64,000 nucleotides of DNA, from positions 79,484,001-79,548,000 of the forward strand of contig OX597830.1 in NCBI GenBank assembly GCA_951406725.2. The letters run 5' to 3'. A program made the translations under genes and the position numbers. This document shows positions 54,361 to 64,000 of the stretch, in pieces; within the stretch, counting starts at the first letter, position 1; every line of letters starts with the position of its first letter. This DNA comes from Octopus vulgaris. Its lineage: Eukaryota. Under the pieces are notes generated by a model. It made no database searches and had not been told where the DNA came from. It saw nothing but the letters and a program-made list of their open reading frames with translations.

Positions 54361-55523
54361 ATCACTTTCCCTGTCAGCACTACAGCATGGGACCAGAGGT
54401 AGGACTTGATTATCTGTCCATCTTGGATTCGTAAACCCTTCTCTCCCATTTGTTTCCTCATCTTTAGCTCGGATATTAGATTTCTCCAGCGAATTCTCTC
54501 TCTTAGTGAGTATTCCTCGCGAAAACCCATATTGGGGTCCTCCCAGGCATGCGTCTGAGCTCTGTTCAGAAAGACTGAAGCCTCCCGATCGGAGGAAAAG
54601 ATTACCCTTATTGGGCGTGGTCTAGTATCTGAGGTTGGGTTCGCTTGGAATCTTCCTAGCCGAGCGACCTTGTGGACACTGACATTTTCGTTCACAGAGA
54701 ACAATTCTCCAACTAAAATGGAAACAAAATTAATGTCATCTTTTAGGCGGTTTATGCCTGTATCACAGGTGGATTCAGCTATACCGTAAATTATTGCTGA
54801 TCTTGAGTGGGCAAAATGTTCTCTACTATGAGCTGCAGTATTCGATTCTTCATTGGAAGATTTCGAAAGGGTGGTTTCATAGACATCGGACTTATGTCGG
54901 CCTGTGGGGTCGATCGGAATGGGTTTAGTGGTCATAATTTTCCCGCCTGGTTTCGAACTGCACTGCCTCTTCTTCGGTTTGGGGGAGCACCACTGCCCAG
55001 ATGAACTCACATCAAGATCGTTCAGAATTGGTTGAGCAATGGCATTAATCGGAAGGACAGGTGAGGGAGAATCCAAACAGATTTTATCGTGATCAGGTTT
55101 CATAGCTAAATCTGCCCCACTGGAGATTTGACTACGTTTCTTCTTTTGGGGAGAACAACGGTCTTCAGGTGGGTTTGAGTCTACGCTCCTCAAATTAGGT
55201 TGGGGAACCTCCGGGACCGAAAAGGCAGGTGAGGAAGAATCCGCACAGGAACGATCATGTGCAGAAACCACCGCCGGTTCCTTCTCTTTTGGCCGCTTCG
55301 ATTTTGTTCCCTTCGGTTTGGACGTCTCCAGGGAAGAAATCAAGGGTGACTCTGCGTCAACAGGAGACCGTTTATTCAGTAAAAGAGCAACAACAGACTT
55401 TAGGTGCTCGACCTCTTGTTTGAGCAACAGCAACTGCTCGTTGAGGTGACTATTGGTAGGACCATCATCTTGATGAGAAGCCCTTCTTGCAGATCTCAGT
55501 TTCGATCCGTAGGTAGCTGACAT
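54357..55523 (-). CDS. CR1 ORF1 (intact, 388 aa)
   Basis: ATG-initiated ORF with an N-terminal coiled-coil. The C-terminal SRSAIIYGIAES...RLGRF...RPRPIRVIF...EEYSLRER motifs are typical of invertebrate CR1 ORF1. Confidence 0.85.
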   Translation of the reverse strand: MSATYGSKLRSARRASHQDDGPTNSHLNEQLLLLKQEVEHLKSVVALLLNKRSPVDAESPLISSLETSKPKGTKSKRPKEKEPAVVSAHDRSCADSSSPAFSVPEVPQPNLRSVDSNPPEDRCSPQKKKRSQISSGADLAMKPDHDKICLDSPSPVLPINAIAQPILNDLDVSSSGQWCSPKPKKRQCSSKPGGKIMTTKPIPIDPTGRHKSDVYETTLSKSSNEESNTAAHSREHFAHSRSAIIYGIAESTCDTGINRLKDDINFVSILVGELFSVNENVSVHKVARLGRFQANPTSDTRPRPIRVIFSSDREASVFLNRAQTHAWEDPNMGFREEYSLRERIRWRNLISELKMRKQMGEKGLRIQDGQIIKSYLWSHAVVLTGKVM

Positions 55524-56239
55524 GATGGATGGTTGACTAAAAACAATCTTCTATGGGCTCTAGGACAAATCGGAGTTAAATCAGGAACAAAAAACAGGTG
55601 CAATCCTTGTAGGAGTAGGCAACAGCAGACAAAATCTGAGAGAGTTTGGGCTGAGCCGAATCACAATCCAAGATTGAAAGCAGACGGTGCAACGAGTCGG
55701 GAACCCTTCCTAATTGTCTGAAGCAGCTTTAGGATAAGGGATAGTATGTCCAACTTTAGAATATTGATATGCATGTAAAATGTTCCACACGATTAAATAT
55801 CATTTGACGTGCCATTTAGTACTTCAATAATTGCATCTGCGCATGTTTGTATATGTGTGAATAATGTGTTTATGTGCGAGAAGGCACATGTTTTTGTCTA
55901 TCTAGTTGGATCATTTCCCTTGCATGTCCACCCACTGCAATATCAGAGTTCACTGCATAATGTTCCTGTTCCTCATCTTTAACAGCCCCATCACTATTCC
56001 CCTCTTCTTCCTGTCTACTCTTCTCCCTGCTTTCATCTCCTACCTCTCTATTTTCAACTGCAGCCAACGTTTATAGCTCATTCGCAGGGTCTCTCAGATT
56101 CTCACTAATCTGAGATATTTCTACTCCAGATAAGTAACCTTTCCTCCTAATAACTCTCACACGGTTCATTAGTTTATTATTATTATTATTATTATTAGTA
56201 GTAGTAGTAGTAGTAGTAGTATAATAATTATTATTATTA

Positions 56240-57105
56240 TTATATGAAAGGCATGTTTGTTACAATCACTCGCCGAGACACGATGAGTGAAGCATTTGAG
56301 ATTTTACAGAATGACTGAAAGCTTGGGGTGGGGAAGTGGCAGGGGCAGTAGCGAAATATCTTCACGTAATACAACACAGACATTTAAATTGATAGGGGTT
56401 TCTAAGGATGTGGGCAGCACTTGTCAGCACAATCTCTGAGACATTGTTCTTCTGGGACATTATCTAAATGTTTCTGACATCTCTTTCCTATCATTCTTAG
56501 GGCACCTACAATAACAAGAACAGTGAAGGCGCATGGCTCAGTGGTTAGAGCGTCGAGCTTACGATCGTGAGGTTGTGAGCTCGAATCCCGGACCGGGCTG
56601 CGTGTTGTGTTCTTGAGCAAAGCACTTTATTTCACGTTGCTCCAGTTCACTCAGCTGTAGAAATGAGTTGCGACGTCACTGGTGCCAAGCTGTATCGACC
56701 TTTGTCTTTCCCTTGGATAACACTGGTGGCGTGGAGAGGGAGGCTGGTATGCATGGGCGACTGCTGGTCTTCCATAAACAACCTTGCCCGGACTTGTGTC
56801 TAGGAGGGTAACTTTCTAGGTGCAATCCCATGGTCATTCATGACCGAAGGGGGTCTTTACTCTTTACCCCTTGATTTAAGATGCCACAACTTTTTCATTT
56901 CAATTTCCAGATACATTAACTTAATTTGTCAAATTCCTTTGCAGATATATTTTTATCGGTGAGAACACTTAAATCTATTAGACTACAAGTATTGTCTTCC
57001 TTGTCTTTATTAACTATGTCTGGTCGATTATACTGAATCGTTCTGTCGGTATTGACTGGAAAATCACAGTAGATAGTAACATTTTTACCTTCAGCAACTG
57101 GCTTG
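56240..57105 (-). mobile_element. R4/Dong 3' fragment interrupted by a SINE
   Basis: YCDFPVNTDRTIQYNRPDIV...KEFDKLS...VIVGAL. Confidence 0.75.
56526..56870 (+). mobile_element. Young tRNA-derived SINE
   Basis: A box TGGCTCAGTGG and B-like GCTCGAATCC in a tRNA-like head; core tgtgttcttgagcaaagcac..ccagttcactcagctgt; (cttta) tail. Confidence 0.85.
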
Positions 57106-57119
57106 TTATTATTATTATT

Positions 57120-57422
57120 TTTTTCCCCTTTCTTCTTCAAATTTTCTTCCGTTTTTCGTCGAGTGTTTTCCGTACACCAGGGCAGAGAAGATCATTGTAT
57201 GCATTCCCAGATTACACACGCAAATTCACAGGTAAAATATGTATTTAAAAATTAATGAATAAATAAATTCATGAATGGATGTTGTTTTCACAACGATAAT
57301 GCTCTTCTCAGTACATGAGCTGTTCCAGTTAATACGATTTTTTGCACTTCCTGTAGGGATGGTAAGCCTGGTATCATTTTCAAATAGGTTTCAGTACCTT
57401 TTTTAATCATTCCTAGAGACCC
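57120..57422 (-). mobile_element. Short 5'-truncated R4/Dong copy (same family as 9060-9915) between (ATT)n tracts
   Basis: Close match to ~9066-9362. Confidence 0.85.
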
Positions 57423-57457
<35 letters not shown>

Positions 57458-59669
57458 GCCTTTGCACAGCTTCTAACACTGGAGATGTACTACAGTGTCA
57501 GCTGTTCACTACCAGTGAACTAACGTAACACCTCATATTTTTCGAGCACCTTCGGGAATAGTCGAGCGGTTCCAAGCAGTGCTGTTTTCTGCAAATGCTC
57601 CACCCGTATTGCAGCCCCTATTTGTTCCATGTACTTCTCAAGATTTTTGCTCACTGTTCCCAGGGCTACAACAATTATTGGGACTACTACCACCTTTTTC
57701 ATTGACCACAACTACTTAACCTCCCTCCTAATTTCTACTGTCCCTAAATTTCTTCTGTATGCTGTCAGGTCCCTCCTCCAATTCACCATACTTTTTCCAA
57801 GCAATCGCTTAACATTCGATGCAATACCACTATAGGTTCATACATTCCATAATCCAAGAATGTGGGATCATGTCGTATGCCTTACGATAGTCGATCCATG
57901 ACATGGCTAAGTTACTTTTCCTTCTCTTGTAGTCTCTAAGTACAGTTTTGTCTATCAGGAGTTGATCCTTGGTACTTCTGCACTTACGCTTGCAACGCTT
58001 CTGCTCATGTGGCAGGACTCCATTTTTTCTAGGTGATCATACATTGACTCTGCAAGTATTCCAGTCAATAACTTCCACATAAGTGGCAAGCAGGATATCG
58101 ACCTGTAATTGTCTACTGTATTGCCTGTTTCGATGTTTTTCAGGCACAGCACTGTCCTACCTAATGTCAACCACCCTGGTGTTACTTGGTCAGCATTTAG
58201 CAAGGTGTTGAGTTGTGCAGCTATTCGTGCATGACATTCGCCAAATCTTTTGATCCAGTAGCCTTGAACTCCATCTGGTCCCGGGGCCTTCCAGCTGCTC
58301 ATTTGTTTTGCTGATTTCCTTCACTTCCCTAACTGAAATGACTAGTTCTTCCTGTTTTGGACAGACTACTGTTTGTTTCAGTTCTTACAGCCGTTCAGCA
58401 TCCTTCTTGTGTTCCTTGTCTTTGCTCCAGATGTCACTCCAAAATCTTTGACTTTCAATGTTATTTGGTATCAACATTTCATTTGTACACTCTCCATTTA
58501 TTTCTTTGTAGAATCTCTTCTGATCTACTCTGAATAGCCTATTCTGCTGGTAACCCTTCATTCTTTGGTCGTATCTTACCGTCTTTAGTTTCTTTGCAAC
58601 AAGGCGCTGTTTGAGTTCCTCCGTTACTCCTTTCAGACCCTTCCTTTCAATATTATACTTCCTTTTTAGCGCCCTGTATTTTTGTTTGCTTTTAAGATTC
58701 CCTTTCTCTTTTCGGTCTAACACAGAGATTTCCTTCGAGAGCATGTCTAACCCTGCTTGGATTCTTCTTTTCCACCATGGATCTTTTCTTTTGTCACTCC
58801 CATTATATTTCTTTTTCTTGACATCAACACACGCATTTTCTGCTACAACAATACTTGCTGCCTATTATTTGTTTCTGTGACATTGTTTTTTCTGATGTAT
58901 TTCAGAATTTCATTGACATTTTTCGTTTCTTGGTTCAATTTCCACCAATCAACCTTTTTAAGGTTGCAAATAATGTCGCTATCGTTCTCCTGCAGTCTTG
59001 CATTTATTCTGTTGTAGATTGCCTTTTTTCATCTGTCATGTTGCCATTAGTTTTATTGTCTTCTTTTAGATCATCTATATGTCACTCATCAAGTAAACTT
59101 CCACTGCTCCCTTCCTGTGATATGAGATTACTTTTATTAGTAAGAACTGTATTTTCATTGTTATCTCTGCTGTTATTTTCATGACCCATCTTTTGATAGC
59201 TTCGAGCTCTACTTCTGTGAACCAACGATTTTTCCTTATTGCATTAGCTTGATCACATAATCTCTATTCCGTGAGTTGAAACAATTCCTTTTCTCTCCAA
59301 TGATAATACCTACGTTGTTGGTGACCCCTAATTTGAGAACCATATTCATCTACCGGGCTGCTAAGATAGTAACACTCCATGACCACAGCATTAATTTGCA
59401 TGCTCCATCTACGCCGTGTGTGGTGGTCCCTTTCTGGATATCGACAGGCTGGAGCCAGACCAGAATCTCTAAGCCCGCCAGGTGTACCACTGTCACCATC
59501 ATTGGCTTCAGTTTCATTACCACCGTTATTCCCAATATTTTGTTTTTTCATTGTCGCTCATTTGCAGTAGCGATTATCAGGTTGCACAATTACCAGTGTT
59601 TTTATTGTGACACCATCACTAGATGCATCATTAATCAGCCCGTGAGGAGGCTCCACCCATTTCCTTTCA

Positions 59670-59672
<3 letters not shown>
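57458..59672 (-). mobile_element. R4/Dong-like element with both ends, internally deleted, flanked by (ATT)n
   Basis: RRRWS..N..VMECYY; RYDQR..YQQNRLFRVDQKRFY; SWKAPGPDGVQGYWIK; [13 protein letters not shown]; VVPIIVVALG..LQKTALLGTAR. Confidence 0.85.
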
Positions 59673-59700
<28 letters not shown>

Positions 59701-60109
59701 CATCATCGCTGATATCACAGTTATTATTGTTTTTATGTGTAGTAGCAGCAGTGGTTGCAGCAACAGCAGCAGGGGTGGAGCAGTGGTAAGTTTGGTAGTT
59801 GGGTTTCAGATTCTTGTGCTATCATAATAGTAGTAGTTGTAGTATCATTGTAGTGTTAGTAGTATTTAGTATTAGCAGCTGCAGCATATTATTATAATTT
59901 TTATTTTTATCATTATCAACATCACCACCACTACCATTGTTATTCTCATTATTACTATTTCCATTGATTATTAAAAGATTTTACTAAACGTTCTTTATTT
60001 TCAACTTTTGTCTTGTACTTAATATAATCATAAATATATCATTGTTGGAGGAAATAATAGGGTAGCATTTTAGTGAATAGATCATATTCTACAGGTGTAT
60101 AATTAGATT

Positions 60110-60965
60110 CGGCAGATGGTGTGGAGGATAGGTATTCACACAGTAGTTGTAGATATTAAAGTCTTTTTTTAAAGCTGATCGTTTGTGTGTTCGAAAGCTG
60201 TAGGTATGTAAGTTTCCTAGCTTATTTTATTTTGAGGGAGATTTAAAATATTCACAGGAAATTGTAGATATTCCCGTCTTTGGGAATAGTAGGAGGAAGA
60301 GATGTTCACCTTGTTGGATTTTTGAATTTCCGAATTTATTTTTCTTTTAAACAGTTTTGCTGTGGTTTACAGTTTTTGTAGTTGTGCAGTATGTATATAT
60401 TGGCAGGTGCTTACTTACTTAATTTTTTATTTTGCATTTAATTGTGTTGTTACAATAAAAGGCATGTTTACATATTCTGTTAGTCAGGGAAGAAGGAAAG
60501 ACAAAATGTTCACACAAAACTGGAGATATTAACGTTTCTAAATTTTCTGAGGTGTTCGTTTGTATGTCCGTTCAGAGAAAACTGTAGTGTTTTTTTTTCT
60601 TCATTAAAAGTATGGTTACATTTTTGAATATTCAGGGAAAAAGGAACGGAAAGAAAAGGAAGGTAAAACTTTTTCACAGAAAATTGAAGATTTGAAATTT
60701 TAAAAATTTACTGGAGATGATGTTTTGTCTGTCCGAACAGAGAAAACTGTAGTGTTCTTGAAGTAAAGAGGATGTTTACATTTTCGAATACTCAGGAGGA
60801 AAGGAGGAAATGGTAGGTATTCACAGAAGTTGTAGATATTAAAGGTTTTAAAGCTGATTGCTTATGTATTCGAAAGCTTTAGATATGTAAGTCCCTTAAC
60901 TTATTTTCAGGGAAATTCAAAATACTCACATGAAACTTTAGATATTCCAGTCTTTTAGAGTTATT
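60110..60965. repeat. Degenerate higher-order tandem repeat (core ttcacagaaaattgtagatatt)
   Basis: ~60130-60290 resembles ~60815-60960 and ~60485-60650 resembles ~60650-60810. Confidence 0.65.
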
Positions 60966-61074
60966 TTTCAGTTGTCCTTCTGGGTTGTATTAGTGTTTCT
61001 GTGTCTTCAGCTGCTGACAGCTCAGTGCAGCGAAGAATACGTCCAGCCGCTTCATCATCATCATTATTATTATT

Positions 61075-61259
61075 GAGTGAGAGAGCAGTGCATGCCATCA
61101 AAGTGACACTGAGGTAAAATATACGAAGCCAGTATACCCATCATGACTACTCGTCTGATAAGATACACCAGGCACATGCATCACAACCGTATGTGCGTGA
61201 CATGGTGATCTCATATCAAGATAAACAATGCATGATCTTGCAGGTGGGGCCCAGTTAGA

Positions 61260-61260
<1 letters not shown>
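61075..61260 (-). mobile_element. SINE/retroposon fragment between microsatellites, next to a TRPM donor site
   Basis: GC-richer block bounded by (ATT)n and (AGT)n; called mainly from context. Confidence 0.45.
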
Positions 61261-61344
<84 letters not shown>

Positions 61345-61374
61345 TTCACAATAAGTGTGCTAAAACCTTTTTAC

Positions 61375-61555
61375 CTGTTGTTCTTGCAGCTTTAACTAAA
61401 CTATGCCCAAGAGCTTCTTTAGCAGGTTCATTCAACTGGACGTCTTCTCTTCCCCCAATCACAGAAATAAGTAAGTTTGGCAATGAGAAATTCCATTGAT
61501 ATATTATCAAATTAATTATAATATCCATGGGGGTTTGGTGATCCACACGAACAAA
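61375..61555 (-). CDS. TRPM: TRPM-family channel exon (MHR1/2-SLOG region): FVRVDHQTPMDIIINLIIYQWNFSLPNLLISVIGGREDVQLNEPAKEALGHSLVKAARTT(D)
   Basis: Acceptor ttttacatatag|, donor |gtaaaa; 181 nt, phase 0 to 1. Matches the TRPM motif YVRV...W.L..P.LLISV.GG.......GL.KAA.TTGAWI. Confidence 0.92.
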
Positions 61556-61884
61556 CTATATGTAAAAAAAAAACCATTTAATTAATGTTCCTTAATGTTT
61601 GATACAATGCGAAAAATACATTCAAATACTGGGGAATTTGGTGAACAGATTTCATTGTGATGATTTAACATTTGTATTCATAATATTGAGAATTGCGTTA
61701 TTTGACATTAAGTATTCTAAATGTTGTGGGTTTGTCCTGTCACAGGGGAAGTCAGGAAAATTCAAGCAACAATTTCAAGGATTATCAGCCATAAATGTTA
61801 TTGTCATAATCATTTATTATATGTTCATTATCTTGTTATATAAGTTCAATATTGTAACAGATTTCAATATTTCTCTCATACGTA

Positions 61885-63760
61885 GAGTTTAGCCATGTCT
61901 GGTTGCTTCAAGCTCTTGCTTGTTGTGGTTGAGATCCTCCCAGGTAAGTGGTTACAGAGACATCACCATGCGTAGAACCGACCAGGTCTAGCAGTGCTCT
62001 ATCACTGGCTGTCCCGTAGCAGCCCCTAATGCATCCTCCACGGTGACGTCAGTATTCTGGACATATCCTCCAACCACATCCAGCCATAATGAGGCTTCTC
62101 CTAGTCTACAGCTTCAGGATCGAATGGGAGTAAAACCCAGGTAGGAGGATATATCAGGAGATGGAGGAAACATTCGTATCAGTGAATTCGATGGATAGCT
62201 GTGAGGTGGGAAGCTGGGGGGCTGATGCATGCGTACACGCAGTTCTTTGTTGGAAACATGATGGTACCATTTGATGTTCTCAAATATTCTGCTATCGACG
62301 TCACCAATCTTCTTTGCCAGGGTCTTTGGCGAGGGCCGATGCGTTGTAGATAGAGAATTTCGTCTTGAGGAAGATAGAATAATGGTGTCAAAGGGGCTTC
62401 CATAGGGAGTACATGACCCCAGTGACCAAACCACATCTGCGATTGATCTCCATTGTTGGGCTCAGATAGATGAAGGAGTTGACAAACTTCACGACGTCAG
62501 GGTCAATAGGGAAGAAGAGGGTCTGAGCTATCAACTACATGCATCAGCATGGTCTCCGCCCATCTCACCTGATAGCCAAGCTTTGCTGATTCTCTGCATA
62601 TGGTCAGTGCGTCCCTTAGCTCGTCAATCGAGTTGCTGAATAGGGTGGTGTCGTTCTCATACTCCAGGTCGGTATGATGGTAGTTTCAGAAGGTCACACC
62701 AGAAACTCACTCACCAAATAATCGATGACATAGATGATGAGGTCGAGACCGGCCACGCAGCCCTGTCTCTTGCTCTTGAGGAGGAACCAGTCAGAATCAT
62801 TCCCGTTCACCTAAACCCAGCTTTCGGTACTGCTATAGAGCTACTAGAACAGGATAGTGATCATGGGAGACACACCGTCGAGCTCGAGAATTTTCCAGAA
62901 TGATGCATGGTCGACCGTGTCCAAAGCCACCTTAAGGTCGATAAAGGCGATGTAGAGGTGGAGATCTCTTTGAACTACGAGACGAAGTGCAAAAGTATGG
63001 TCTGCAGAAGATCAACACGGTATGAATCTGGCTTATTGTGAATGGTGTATGCTTCTAATGACAAGAAGAGATCCAGATGAAGGGCTTACTGGGGATGGAA
63101 AGGAGAGTGGTGCCACCGTGGTAGCTGCAGACGAGTTTGTTGCCTTCCGCTTTCTGACGCAGAGGATGATACTCTGAGTTCAGTCATTTAGGAGCTGCTC
63201 GGATACCCATAGATGGTCGATGATGTATCTGAGCCATTGAGTCATGTTTTCTCCATCCGGCTTGAACATCTCCGCGGCCACAGTGCAGATTCCTGGGTGT
63301 TTGAGGTTTTCGATCTTCTTCAGGGTGACACTGACTTCATCAGAGTTAACAGGATCGAGTCTACAAGTGTCGTTGGTTGGGGCTGTGTGTGCAGTGATGG
63401 TTAGACTGGGATCGATTTAAACAGATACGTGACAGAGAAAGCCGAAGTTCTCCTTCCAGTGTTCGAAGCAGGTGGTTTCCACGATGTCTACATTTCATTG
63501 GTATCCCTCGCTGAGGTGGTCTTTAAGTAGAGACTGGTACAGTCTCTGCGGAGCATATTGAATATCAGACTGATCTTGTTATTCTTTGCTGCTACATCCA
63601 GGTGCTCGGCTTCTCCCGCTCAGAACTTCTCCCAGTTTTCTGAATGGAGTCGTCGCATATCCAGTTGGGCTGGTTGTTTTCATTTGTGTTACTGCATAGG
63701 TGAGCCTCACTGCAGCAGTTACTTGTGTACGACCTCCACAGTAGGATCAAGGGTCGCTTG
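61885..63760 (-). mobile_element. Degenerate RTE-clade LINE (RT region)
   Basis: ITLLSIPSK, YIAFIDLKVALDTVDH..W, QGCVA, DLEYENDT (corresponds to DLxFADD). Confidence 0.8.
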
Positions 63761-64000
63761 AGAAGAGGTAATGAGTTTACCAGGACATCACGTTCTAACT
63801 TTTGACACTTGATTTGAAAATTTCTCAGTTGGTAGTCTCATTTTTGGACACGGAAGTGAAGTGATTGTTGTTAAATCACGCAACTGTTGAGGCAATGTTG
63901 AGATTACAGACACAAAATGAATCAGGCCATTGCTGGTACTTAGAGACAGAGTCAGCTCGCAACTTCAACGTGAGTGTCGCCACCAGCAATCGATAGTAGA

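Larger units (their letters stand above)
51374..55748 (-). mobile_element. Full-length young CR1-clade LINE with (TAAC)n 3' tail
   Basis: 5' UTR, ORF1, ORF2 (APE-RT), short 3' UTR and a tetranucleotide tail. Much higher GC than the flanks; only a 2-bp TC microhomology at the junctions. Confidence 0.93.
49946..56170 (-). mobile_element. R4/Dong-like element (49946-51373 plus 55749-56170) interrupted by the CR1 insertion
   Basis: NWKASGPDGIHGFWLK, NYRPIVCL, EQKGCRK, IDFRKAYDMVPHSW, IFQGDSFSPL. The host reading LKLD|NELLEIQR is continuous across the insertion. Confidence 0.8.

Noticed and set aside
54360-54375. GGGAAAG slippery site near the ORF1 stop
   Set aside because: It reads A GGG AAA in the ORF1 frame, so it is out of phase for canonical -1 slippage.
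56526-56600. tRNA gene
   Set aside because: It has A/B boxes but runs directly into a SINE body shared with 43250-43557, so it is a SINE head.
61005-61050. Hammerhead-like motif (also at ~30275-30310 and ~30555-30620)
   Set aside because: Core nucleotides are missing, and the motifs are too degenerate to support a call.

Overview
AT-rich animal genomic DNA; the SINE/LINE/microsatellite make-up suggests a cephalopod, probably Octopus (inference). The window is mostly intronic sequence of a minus-strand TRPM-family channel locus. Six phase-compatible exons (61555 down to 33769) encode the N-terminal MHR1/2 (SLOG) region, and one of them carries a 1-bp frameshift. No MHR3/4 or transmembrane exons follow. 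Instead, TRPM extreme-N-terminal exons reappear at 2290-2253 and 435-348. This implies either a truncated paralog plus a second tandem TRPM gene, or one TRPM with a duplicated N-terminal domain joined by micro-exons. The introns hold many transposable elements: a full-length young CR1 LINE (candidate -1 frameshift between ORF1 and ORF2) nested in an R4/Dong element, further R4/Dong, RTE, Tx1, Penelope, Gypsy, mariner, hAT and Helitron remnants, MITEs/foldbacks, tRNA-derived SINEs and very long (TA)n arrays. There is also one well-formed hammerhead ribozyme. All calls come from reading motifs by eye, with no database searches; TE boundaries are approximate.
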